A stretch of DNA of 64,000 nucleotides from Arenicellales bacterium. GTDB taxonomy: Bacteria > Pseudomonadota > Gammaproteobacteria > Arenicellales > JAJDZL01. The stretch is from NCBI GenBank assembly GCA_965200765.1, contig OZ241380.1, forward strand, positions 1,106,417 through 1,170,416, given 5' to 3'. The position numbers and the translations under genes were made by a program. This document shows positions 44,499-53,483 of the stretch, one piece after another. Every line of letters starts with the position of its first letter. The stretch's first letter is position 1. The notes under the pieces were generated by a model. The model had not been told where the DNA came from and made no database searches. It saw only the letters and a program-made list of their open reading frames with translations.

Positions 44499-45773
44499 AT
44501 GCATTATCGAAAGCACATTTTTTGCTGTGTCAATGAGCGAATGCCAAAACATCCTCGAAGTTGTTGCTCGGCCCGAGGATCAGTGGAACTGCGCGGCTAC
44601 ATGAAACTGCGCGCCGCTCAAATGGGGCTCAAGGATATTCGAATCAATAATGCAGGTTGCCTGGAGCGATGCGAACTGGGTCCAACCATGGTGATTTATC
44701 CGGAAGGGGTTTGGTATCACTATCAGACAAAAGATGATGTTGATGAAATTTTGCAAATGCATGTGATTGAAGACCGGCCGGTAGAGCGATTATTGCTTGC
44801 AGATGGACAAAAATATCCTGGTCCGCTTCGATTTTCTAAACTGCAGTTGAAAACCACGAAGATTGATTGGCTGTCAGATGACACTATGCAGGTTGAGTTC
44901 CAGCACGTCACCGATCAGTCATTGCCGACGTTTACAGCTGGAACTCGTATCAGCATTCAGACAACCGGCGAGCGGCCGTTGCGTCAATCCTATTCCTTGA
45001 TCAACAGTCCGGCGGAACGGCATCGCTATGTCATCGGAGTGCCGTCAAGCAATCGCGATACATCCGGGTGGCTTCACAAAGAATTGAAGGTTGGCGATAC
45101 GATTAATGCATCACTTTTGGAAAACAACTTTGAACTTGACGAAAGTGCCATGAAACATGTACTGATTGCCGATGATGCAGGGATAGCATCAATGTTGTCC
45201 ATATGCCATCGGTTGAAGGAGACTGATGCGGCATTTGAATGCCATTTTTGCGCTAGTTCGAAGGAGAATTCTCCATTCCTGAAAATGGCAGAGAAAATTG
45301 CGGGCGATCAATTGACAGTGTATGCCAGCAACGGCATTCCACTGGGTTCATTGTTGCAGTTTCATCAAGCAGGTGATCATCTGTATCTTGCCGGAACGTC
45401 TGATTTGATCAGGGAAGGTCGGAAACATGCAAGTCACTGGCCACAAGAATCAGTCTGCTGGGAGAGTGGCTATGACAGGCAATCAAGCAGTTTGCCGAAT
45501 CATGCGTTTGAAATTCAATTGGCAAGGCAGCAAAGAACAATCCCGGTGCGCGAAGATCAAACTATACTTGAAGCACTGCAGGAACATGGTGTGACAACTG
45601 AGATTGCGTGCGAAGATGAACTTTGCGGAGCATGTCAAACCAAGGTTATCCATGGACAGGTTGAACATCGGAATTTCGAGATTGTTGATAGTGCGAGGGA
45701 TGATTGCAAATCAATGTTAATTTGCGTATCCAGGGCCGCACCCGAAGAGACTCGACTGATTTTGGATCTATGA
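44499..45773 (+). CDS. Fusion: thioredoxin-like [2Fe-2S] ferredoxin + PDR/VanB-type flavin reductase + plant-type [2Fe-2S] ferredoxin
   Basis: N-terminal domain: IFCCVNER...SCCSARG...AGCLERCELGPTMVIYPEGVWY. Middle domain: RQSYSL (RxYS flavin motif). C-terminal domain: CEDELCGACQT...LICVS. The ATG at 44499 is preferred; the ORF-track start at 44304 overlaps the OYE gene. Confidence 0.75.
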   Translation: MHYRKHIFCCVNERMPKHPRSCCSARGSVELRGYMKLRAAQMGLKDIRINNAGCLERCELGPTMVIYPEGVWYHYQTKDDVDEILQMHVIEDRPVERLLLADGQKYPGPLRFSKLQLKTTKIDWLSDDTMQVEFQHVTDQSLPTFTAGTRISIQTTGERPLRQSYSLINSPAERHRYVIGVPSSNRDTSGWLHKELKVGDTINASLLENNFELDESAMKHVLIADDAGIASMLSICHRLKETDAAFECHFCASSKENSPFLKMAEKIAGDQLTVYASNGIPLGSLLQFHQAGDHLYLAGTSDLIREGRKHASHWPQESVCWESGYDRQSSSLPNHAFEIQLARQQRTIPVREDQTILEALQEHGVTTEIACEDELCGACQTKVIHGQVEHRNFEIVDSARDDCKSMLICVSRAAPEETRLILDL

Positions 45774-45793
45774 CTGAATTGACAGGTATTTGA

Positions 45794-46567
45794 ATGAGCA
45801 ACAAAAATATTATTGTAACTGGCGGTGGTACCGGCATAGGGCTTGCAATTGCAACAGCGTTCGCAAAACAGGGCGATTGCGTTGTGATTTGCGATCGTGA
45901 CACGGCGCTGGTCGACCAATTGAATAACAGTGAGCAACAGATTACCGGATATGTAGCCGATGCGGCCGATGAAGCAGCAGTGAATCATTTGTTTGACAAG
46001 GCGCTTTCAAAGTTCAAAGGCAAGCTTGATGTGCTGGTGAACAATGTTGGCATTGCAGGACCGAATGGTCCACTGGAAACGCTAGACGCATCTGAATGGA
46101 GTGAAACTGTAAGAGTGAATCTTGTCAGTGCATTTTTGTGTTCCAAACGAGCGATACCGGTGATGAAAGAACAGGGATTTGGTTCCATTGTGAATTTGTC
46201 ATCGACTGCCGGTATTCAGGGGTATCCCTTGAGATCGCCTTATGCTGCGTCGAAATGGGGAATCGTGGGTCTGACAAAAACAATGGCAATGGAGTTGGGT
46301 GCGTTTGGTGTTCGAGTCAATGCAATCTGTCCCGGCCCGGTTTCGGGTCCTCGCATTGACCGGGTCATTGCGGCAGAGGCGAATACGCGTGGTGTGGAAT
46401 TTCAGCAAATTCGCGAGAAGTACGAAAACCAGGTGTCAATGAAGACGTTTGTTGAAGCAGAAGATGTTGCAGATATGATACTGTTCATTTGCTCTTCGGA
46501 AGGGGCCAAGATCAGCGGACAGGCACTGGCGGTGGATGGACACACCGAGACTTTGGCATTTCATTGA
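45794..46567 (+). CDS. SDR-family oxidoreductase
   Basis: TGGGTGIGLA, NNVGI, and a catalytic S...YAASK. Confidence 0.88.
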   Translation: MSNKNIIVTGGGTGIGLAIATAFAKQGDCVVICDRDTALVDQLNNSEQQITGYVADAADEAAVNHLFDKALSKFKGKLDVLVNNVGIAGPNGPLETLDASEWSETVRVNLVSAFLCSKRAIPVMKEQGFGSIVNLSSTAGIQGYPLRSPYAASKWGIVGLTKTMAMELGAFGVRVNAICPGPVSGPRIDRVIAAEANTRGVEFQQIREKYENQVSMKTFVEAEDVADMILFICSSEGAKISGQALAVDGHTETLAFH

Positions 46568-46807
46568 GTCCGTCGGCGAAAGGTTCATCCAAATTTTCAG
46601 TACTGCAGACGCAACTCCGCAATCATGGCAGGGCAGTACAGGTGTTTCGCTACTCTGCAAAGTGACACTTCACAGTGTATTTGCAATATAGTTTCAGTTT
46701 CGAGACAATTTGTGACTCAAATTTGAATAAACTAATATATTGAATCTGTCTGACTGTTTGCAGATGGTTCAGTCCATAAACATTTTCACGATAAAGGAGT
46801 TGAAGAT

Positions 46808-47836
46808 ATGATGGTTTTACTGAAAAAATTGTTGTTCAGCGCATCAGCTGCACTATTTGCCGGCACGGGTTTTCTGGCATCGGCAGTTGTTCTGGCCGAT
46901 GGGCATGGCGACTATCCAAATCGACCAATCACAGTAATTTGCTGCTATGGCAAGGGCGGTGGCTCGGACCAGTCGGTGGATGCCATTGCAGGACCCGCGG
47001 CCGAAATCATGGGTGCCAAGATCAACAAGATTAATATTCCCGGTGGCGGTGGCAGCAATTGCTTGCCTGAGTTCCAGCAGGCACCCGCAGACGGTTACAC
47101 GCTTCTGCAACACATTGACACGCTTCCGTCAAAGTATGTCGAAGGCACGATTGATTTGAATCCGGTTACTGACCTGGAACCACTTGTGATTATGAACGTT
47201 GCCCCGACGATGCTGTTCATCAAGTCTGATGACGAGCGATTTTTGACTAACGGTGAGGCAGATTTTGACAAAGTGCTGGCTTATGCCCGGTCTGAAGAAG
47301 GCAAGATGACAGTATCCAACATCAATATTCCGATGGAATTGGTTAGCATGGCCGTGTTGGAGAAACACTTTGGCATCAAGGTGAAACAGGTTCTGAACGA
47401 CAAGGCTGCCCAGCGCTATGGCGTGGTGATTGGCGGACAGCTTGACGTGCTTATGGAACAACCGGGCGATGTCAAGAAATTTGTTGAAGCGGGCCAGTTG
47501 ACGCCGGTACTGGCGATTTGGCCGAATCGATTTGAAGCGTATCCAGATACCAAGTCAACCGGACAGGATTATGGGTTAGACTGGAATCCGTTGTTGCGTT
47601 TCCGCGGAATGTTCGTCAAGAAGGGGGCTCCCCAAGAAATCGTTGACTATCTTGCTGGCGTATTTACGCAAGCCTACATGTCGGATGAGCATCAGGATTT
47701 TATCAAGCGCAAGAACCTGGATATCGTGGATTCGTATCGTAGCCGGGATGACACTGCAGGACTGCTGCAGGAAGCCCTTGGGGTATACGCGGATGCATTT
47801 CGTGATCTGGGTATGAACGTCCGAGAAGGATTCTAA
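46808..47836 (+). CDS. tctC: Tripartite tricarboxylate transporter substrate-binding protein (TctC/Bug family)
   Basis: Signal peptide, then YPNRPITVICCYGKGGGSD (Bug-family N-terminal motif). Followed by tctB and tctA. Confidence 0.85.
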   Translation: MMVLLKKLLFSASAALFAGTGFLASAVVLADGHGDYPNRPITVICCYGKGGGSDQSVDAIAGPAAEIMGAKINKINIPGGGGSNCLPEFQQAPADGYTLLQHIDTLPSKYVEGTIDLNPVTDLEPLVIMNVAPTMLFIKSDDERFLTNGEADFDKVLAYARSEEGKMTVSNINIPMELVSMAVLEKHFGIKVKQVLNDKAAQRYGVVIGGQLDVLMEQPGDVKKFVEAGQLTPVLAIWPNRFEAYPDTKSTGQDYGLDWNPLLRFRGMFVKKGAPQEIVDYLAGVFTQAYMSDEHQDFIKRKNLDIVDSYRSRDDTAGLLQEALGVYADAFRDLGMNVREGF

Positions 47837-47860
47837 GGTTTCAAACTCCTATTTTGTTGA

Positions 47861-47897
47861 CCGTCGGTGATTTATCAATCATCGACGGAATTTTTTT
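47861..47897 (+). terminator. Rho-independent terminator/attenuator between tctC and tctB
   Basis: 12-bp stem (47861-47872 pairs with 47877-47888, one G-U pair), a 4-nt loop (tatc), then aaTTTTTTT. Confidence 0.7.
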
Positions 47898-47923
47898 GTT
47901 GCAAGACTAACTGGATTTGATAA

Positions 47924-48463
47924 ATGGGCGATTCCAAGAAGCTATCTGCTCACAGGCGTAAAGGTGCCATTGAAGGCGGTTGCTGGTTGGTATTCGCAAT
48001 TCTGGCCTACGTTTACACATTCCAGTTTGATGCACCGCAAATCGGCTTTCAATTGGGTCCGGCATATTGGCCGCGGCTGATCATCATTGGAATTGTGATT
48101 GCGGCGGGCTGGACCATCTACTCGAATCTTGTCGGTATCACAGAGGGAAAAGAGGGTGAAAGTAATAAAGTAACCCCCCAAGCATCGAAAAAAGTTGATA
48201 TTCGTGTTGCACTGATCTTCGCGTCACCGGTTGTGTACGTTATTTTGATGCACCAGTTCGGATTTTTGCTGGTCACTCCATTTTTTCTGTTTTTTTACAT
48301 GAAACTGCTCGGAGTACAAAAGTGGCGAACGCTGTTTATCATTACAACTTTCGTCTATGCAACCATTATTTTGGTATTCGTACGGCTGATTTTCACTTAT
48401 ATGCCTCCGGGCAGAGGAATTTTCCATACGATGAACGGTTACATTGTCGGATTCTTTAGCTGA
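47924..48463 (+). CDS. tctB: Tripartite tricarboxylate transporter small membrane protein TctB
   Basis: 179-aa protein with four hydrophobic helices between tctC and tctA; its stop overlaps the tctA start. Confidence 0.75.
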   Translation: MGDSKKLSAHRRKGAIEGGCWLVFAILAYVYTFQFDAPQIGFQLGPAYWPRLIIIGIVIAAGWTIYSNLVGITEGKEGESNKVTPQASKKVDIRVALIFASPVVYVILMHQFGFLLVTPFFLFFYMKLLGVQKWRTLFIITTFVYATIILVFVRLIFTYMPPGRGIFHTMNGYIVGFFS

Positions 48464-49974
48464 TGGAAGATTTTTTAACCGGAACTGCCTTGTTGTTCAC
48501 CAATCCCGCCGGGATTGTAATTTTCATTGCTGGCTTGCTTGGTGGGTTGGTGTTTGGCGCGGTACCGGGTTTGAGTATGCTTACGCTTGCAGCGGTGCTT
48601 CTTCCGTTTACTGCATGGATGTCGTCAGAACATGCAATCATGCTGTATGGAGTGATTTATGTCGCGGGTGTATATGGTGGTGCCATCACTGCAATTCTGT
48701 TCAACATTCCAGGTTCGGTAGAAAACGCTCCAACTGCATTCGATGGATATCCGATGACCCGCAATGGACAGTCCGGCAAGGCGATTGGATATGCCGTTAC
48801 ATGTTCTGCCATTGGCGGAACACTTTCTGCGATTGCCATGATGGCGTTTACTGAACCGGTTGCGAATTTCGCCATCAAAACATTCGGCTATCCGGAGATT
48901 TTTGCATTGGTATTTTTTGGACTGGCAGTGGTTGCCGGCATCGGTACGCGATCGCTGGCCAAGGGATGGTTGTCGCTGTTGCTGGGGTTGATGATTGGCG
49001 CAGTCGGCAGCGACCCGGTCAGCGGAGTGCCGCGCTTTACATTCGGTACGCTCTACATGCATGGCGGAATTCACTTTATTCCACTAATTCTGGGTTTCTT
49101 TGCCATATCGGAAGTTTTTATGCAAGGCACGCGACTTGCGAAAGGCCAATATGAAGCACCGATCGTATCGGTCAATTATCCCAGTTTTATCGAATTCTGG
49201 AAAATGAAGTTCGTTGTTGTTCGCTCGGCACTCATTGGCTTTTTCTGCGGGGTTTTGCCAGGCATCGGTGCTACGCTGGCCGCATTCATGTCGTACAACG
49301 AAGCGGTTCGTTGGTCCAAGACACCTGAAAAATTCGGTACCGGCATACCTGAAGGGGTTGTGGCGCCTGAAACTGCAAACAACTCGGCTACCGGTGCGGC
49401 GATGATTCCGCTGTTGGCACTGGGTTTGCCGGGCGGGGCGTTGACAGCAATGATGATTGCGGTATTCAATCTGCACGACATGGATATTGGCCCTTTAATC
49501 ATGGTGGAAGCCCGAGACCTGGTCTGGGTGCTGTTTGCATCAATGTTTTGGGCCAGCCTGGCGATATTGCTATTGGGGGTTGTCGAAGCAAAGGGAATTG
49601 TCAATTTGCTCAGAATACCTTTTCCGATGCTGGCGCCGGTCATATTGGTGTTTGCAACGATTGGAGCGTTTGCGTTGCGCAGCAATATCATTGATATCTA
49701 TACGATGTTCATTGCGGGGGTATTGGGCTATGTCCTGAGAAAGAGGGATTATTCAATTCCGGCCCTTGTAATGGGGGTTATTCTGGGAAAGATCGGAGAG
49801 GAAAATTTTGCCTTGTCGCTGGTACTGATGGACTACAACTTTTTCCAGTTTTTTACCAGTCCTATCAGTGCTGTTCTGATTTCAATCGGCATTCTGACGA
49901 TTGTGATGAATCTGGTTCGTCATCGAAAAATGTTTGGTTCCAAGTACGCCGAGTTCGAGGGGGAGAATCAGTAG
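48463..49974 (+). CDS. tctA: Tripartite tricarboxylate transporter permease TctA
   Basis: 503-aa polytopic membrane protein with the TctA/DUF112 pattern (GAVPGLS..., GVLPGIGATLAAFMSY). Confidence 0.88.
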   Translation: MEDFLTGTALLFTNPAGIVIFIAGLLGGLVFGAVPGLSMLTLAAVLLPFTAWMSSEHAIMLYGVIYVAGVYGGAITAILFNIPGSVENAPTAFDGYPMTRNGQSGKAIGYAVTCSAIGGTLSAIAMMAFTEPVANFAIKTFGYPEIFALVFFGLAVVAGIGTRSLAKGWLSLLLGLMIGAVGSDPVSGVPRFTFGTLYMHGGIHFIPLILGFFAISEVFMQGTRLAKGQYEAPIVSVNYPSFIEFWKMKFVVVRSALIGFFCGVLPGIGATLAAFMSYNEAVRWSKTPEKFGTGIPEGVVAPETANNSATGAAMIPLLALGLPGGALTAMMIAVFNLHDMDIGPLIMVEARDLVWVLFASMFWASLAILLLGVVEAKGIVNLLRIPFPMLAPVILVFATIGAFALRSNIIDIYTMFIAGVLGYVLRKRDYSIPALVMGVILGKIGEENFALSLVLMDYNFFQFFTSPISAVLISIGILTIVMNLVRHRKMFGSKYAEFEGENQ

Positions 49975-50002
49975 CTGGAAATGTTGGTAGTCCAGTCACA
50001 GT

Positions 50003-50863
50003 ATGATATCAATCAAATCACCTTGGTATAAAGAGTTTGACAAGTTTGTCCGCGCGATCCAAAATTCAGTCCTGATTGCGGCGCCTTACATTAATCGGCA
50101 ACCCGTAGAACGATTGGTGAGGGAATTGCATAGCAAGGATTTGGTGCAAATTGATGTATTGACGAATTTGGACAGCACTCATCTCATCAATGGTTCTGTT
50201 GATGCGGGGGCATTATTCTGGCTATGTCAAGAGGTTCCAGGAACAAGTGTCTGGAGCTTGCCACGCTTGCATGCGAAAGCCTATGTAGCTGACAATCGTA
50301 CTGCAATTGTTACTTCTGCAAATTTCACCAACAACGGACTCACTCGAAATTACGAACTGGGGGTGGAAATTTCAGATTCACGATATATTGACGACTTGGT
50401 GCAAGATCTTCAAGAATACAAACAGTTAGGATGTTGTGTACCGCAAAGAATTTTGATGGAGTTAGATCAGATAGCAGGAGAAGCCAGGCGGATACAGGTA
50501 AATACTGATTCTTCCACTCGTTCTGTCTATTCGACTGAAATTGAAAACTTTTTGAATCAATTGGATGATGTTTTGGTTGATTTGAGAACTCTGCCCGGAG
50601 AATCCAGAACCACAATTTTTGGACGGGCAATTCTTTATGTTTTAAGTCAATATGGTCCTTTGACCACCAAGGAGTTACAACCGATTATTCAGAATCTTTA
50701 TCCGGATTTGTGCAGTGAAGGTGAGCAACGAATTATCAATGGCGTCGCTTTTGGTAGTAAATGGAAGCACGATTTCCGGAATGCTCAGGTGAGTTTGAAA
50801 CGTAGCGGAAAAATTCGTAATGATGGTGGCCGTGGCGGCAAGTGGTTTGTAAAACCACAGTAA
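50003..50863 (+). CDS. Single-HKD phospholipase-D-family (Nuc/BfiI-type nuclease-like) protein with C-terminal wHTH-like domain
   Basis: One HxK(x)4D(x)6(G/T)SxN motif: LHAKAYVADNRTAIVTSANFTNNG. The C-terminal ~90 aa (ILYVLSQYGPLTTKELQPIIQ...WKHDFRNAQVSLKRSGKI) resembles Mrr-N-type winged-helix modules. Confidence 0.7.
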   Translation: MISIKSPWYKEFDKFVRAIQNSVLIAAPYINRQPVERLVRELHSKDLVQIDVLTNLDSTHLINGSVDAGALFWLCQEVPGTSVWSLPRLHAKAYVADNRTAIVTSANFTNNGLTRNYELGVEISDSRYIDDLVQDLQEYKQLGCCVPQRILMELDQIAGEARRIQVNTDSSTRSVYSTEIENFLNQLDDVLVDLRTLPGESRTTIFGRAILYVLSQYGPLTTKELQPIIQNLYPDLCSEGEQRIINGVAFGSKWKHDFRNAQVSLKRSGKIRNDGGRGGKWFVKPQ

Positions 50864-51240
50864 GATGATTATTCGTGTCTCTGACTATAAGTAGGGGAAG
50901 CTCAAACTGGCATAAGTTCAGCAACCACTTTTGCCCAGTCAGTGTCCGCCGACGAAGGTGTCACCACTTTGACTAGCCTCTTGAGCTGTATGCTTCTGTG
51001 TCCAAAAATTGGTAGGGTTCTGCTACGGTTTGATTTATCCTCGCCGGCATGCTCAATCAGATAGTTGTGTTGTGTTATACGACAATCCTTTACAATAGCT
51101 GGAGACATGTATTAAACAAGTGGGTCAAATTGCTGATTGAGGACAAAACACTCATGGCGGTTCATCGAAAGTAATCTCCGAATGAAGTACGGTGAACCAG
51201 GAAGGTCAAGTTTTATGCAAACTGAATCAAGGATGGCTTC

Positions 51241-53070
51241 GTGACAGAATCATTGATCTGGCTGGCATTTTGGATGGGGATCATCAGTGCTTGCTCACTT
51301 CCTATGGGTACATTGACAACCTTGGTGTGGAAGCCCAGCGACCGGGCGGTCGGCATACTGATGTCTTTTGGCGGCGGTGCGTTGCTCGCTGCACTTACCT
51401 TGGACCTGGTTGGTGCCGCACTGGCAAGAGGACATTTTGTATCGTTGGCCTTAGGTTGTATTGCAGGGGGTATCATCTTTGTTGCGCTTGACCAGATGGT
51501 AAACAACCACGGTGGATTTCTGCGCAAATCCTCAACTGTGATTCAATATGTTCACCGACAAAGAAGAGCTCGCTTCAAGAAAGTAATCACTGCAATTGAA
51601 AGAGCAACCATATTCCACAATCTGCCAAGTGAAGACGTGGAGTATCTTGCAAGGTCCGTAGAACATGAAATGGTAGAAGCAGGGGTAACAATAATTGCGG
51701 CTGGTGACCCCTCTGAATTCTTGTACATCGTGGAAAAAGGCGAAGTTACGATTACTGATCCGCGTATGGGAAGACAACTTTCAGGGGTTTGGACCGATGG
51801 TCAAACGTTTGGCTGGCATGCATTCATTACCGGCTCGCCTAACACGCGCAATGCTGTTGCAACGGAGGAGAGCAGTATTTGGAAACTGTCAAGAGAGCAT
51901 TTTCAGAACTTGCTTCATCAGTCTTCAAACTTGGTGAATGCAACCAAAGATGTATTGACCAGTGACCTGGTTGCCGAATATCTGATGGACCGTCAAGGAC
52001 TAACTCGGCAACAGTATACGGAATGGCGTGACAATGCTGTTCAAGTATTGGAAAATGACAATGAAATTCTTAACGCAATCTCGCTAAATCGTCATCAGGA
52101 AGAGTTTGTCAACGTTTCAAACAGAATTGGCCGCATACCTCTTTTTCAAGGACTGTCACGAAAAAAACTTGTTGCTGTCGCTGACCGTTTGTACTGTGTT
52201 CGTTTCACTCAAGGGGACATAATCTTTAAAGAGGGCGATCTGGCCGACCGGTTTTATATTGTGAAATCTGGCCGTGTTGCGATGGTGAGTTCTGATGACC
52301 CTTTGGGGCAAAGATTGACCATAGGTGAAAATCAGGCCTTTGGTGGCAAGTCATTTATTACCGGCGCAACGCGTGCTAACAGTGTAGTCGCTTCAGTTGA
52401 CACGGAGTTATGGGTGTTGCGAAAAACAGATTTCAACGCCTTGCTTAAGCGATACCCCAGATTTCAAAAGCAACTTCGGTCTTATCTTGCTGATGAAGAA
52501 ATTTCGGAGTATCTTGAAAGTCGAAAAGGGCTTGAGTCGGACAAGGTGGAACAATGGATCAAGGAAGCAACCGAAAGCACAAAACTAAGGCAGATGACTC
52601 CGTCGGTGGCGGACATGGCAAAAAAGATCGGGCATGGTGGTGCGCCGATGGCGATTTGGTTGGGGATCATGCTGGATGGAGTTCCTGAATCGCTTGTAAT
52701 CGGTAGCTCGCTTATCCACTCGCATGTCAGCTTGTCATTGATTGCAGGGTTGTTCTTGTCCAACTATCCGGAAGCCTTGTCCAGTTCGATCGGCATGCGT
52801 CAGCAGGGCATGAGTTTCATGCGCGTATTTATCATGTGGGGCTCACTTACGATTTTGACAGGCATCGGTGCGGCACTGGGGAACATTTTCTTTGTTGGTG
52901 CAGATCCACATTTGTTTGCAGTTGTTGAAGGAGTCGCGGCCGGAGCGATGCTTACAATGATTGCGCAGACAATGGCACCCGAAGCTTATATCAAGGGTGG
53001 TTCTGTGGTCGGTTTGTCAACCTTGTTAGGGTTTCTGGCAGCAGTTTTCTGCAAGACCCTTGGCAGTTGA
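51241..53070 (+). CDS. ZIP-like metal permease interrupted by two cyclic-nucleotide-binding (CAP-effector) domains
   Basis: N-terminal part: three hydrophobic helices. Middle part: two cNMP-binding-like domains (FHNLPSEDVEYLA...GDPSEFLYIVEKGEV...FGWHAF; and IPLFQGLSRKKL...GDLADRFYIVKSGRV...FGGKSFITG). C-terminal part: five helices with ZIP-like LDGVPESLVIGS and VEGVAAGAML. GTG start. Confidence 0.7.
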   Translation: MTESLIWLAFWMGIISACSLPMGTLTTLVWKPSDRAVGILMSFGGGALLAALTLDLVGAALARGHFVSLALGCIAGGIIFVALDQMVNNHGGFLRKSSTVIQYVHRQRRARFKKVITAIERATIFHNLPSEDVEYLARSVEHEMVEAGVTIIAAGDPSEFLYIVEKGEVTITDPRMGRQLSGVWTDGQTFGWHAFITGSPNTRNAVATEESSIWKLSREHFQNLLHQSSNLVNATKDVLTSDLVAEYLMDRQGLTRQQYTEWRDNAVQVLENDNEILNAISLNRHQEEFVNVSNRIGRIPLFQGLSRKKLVAVADRLYCVRFTQGDIIFKEGDLADRFYIVKSGRVAMVSSDDPLGQRLTIGENQAFGGKSFITGATRANSVVASVDTELWVLRKTDFNALLKRYPRFQKQLRSYLADEEISEYLESRKGLESDKVEQWIKEATESTKLRQMTPSVADMAKKIGHGGAPMAIWLGIMLDGVPESLVIGSSLIHSHVSLSLIAGLFLSNYPEALSSSIGMRQQGMSFMRVFIMWGSLTILTGIGAALGNIFFVGADPHLFAVVEGVAAGAMLTMIAQTMAPEAYIKGGSVVGLSTLLGFLAAVFCKTLGS

Positions 53071-53356
53071 AATTGAACGGCTTTTACTGATGGGACACGT
53101 TTCAGCGTTTTGCCTGGAACTGAGTTAACAATTCGGTCTGCCAATTTTGTCTTGTTTTGCTATCGTGTGTTGTATGAATCAGATAGTAAAAACGCTGTAC
53201 CAGGAGATTTTCAGATTTATAATCATGGAGCAATAACGGGTAGAAAATTTACGGGAGAGAGTTGCTATTTTCATTGCAAATGGAAATTGGCTTGCAACAT
53301 CAAACAAAGCAAATACACGGATTTACTGCGTTTAAATATTCAGTATATTCAATAGG

Positions 53357-53380
53357 ATAAAGTTTAATATTAAACTTTAT
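53357..53380. promoter_or_regulatory. 24-bp perfect palindrome ATAAAGTTTAAT|ATTAAACTTTAT, ~100 nt upstream of the amidohydrolase gene
   Basis: The reverse complement is identical over all 24 nt. There is no loop and it is AT-rich, so it looks more like a dimeric-regulator operator than a terminator. Confidence 0.45.
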
Positions 53381-53483
53381 TCTCAAATTTAGTCGAGTAC
53401 AGTTTTACTTGATGATTGGAGTTGCATTGCAAAACTCTTCGCATGTATGATCTACCAGACAAATTAATTTCAACGGGGGAATT

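Noticed and set aside
50902-51108. 68-codon minus-strand ORF downstream of the PLD-family gene, considered as a possible partner or antitoxin.
   Set aside because: It has no ribosome-binding site upstream of its ATG and no motif. It is kept only as a note within the PLD finding and cannot be supported as a gene.
53110-53355. 81-codon ORF in the long gap upstream of the amidohydrolase gene.
   Set aside because: It has no Shine-Dalgarno sequence, an odd Cys/Tyr/Phe-rich composition, no recognisable motif, and it ends within the AT-rich regulatory region. It is probably non-coding.
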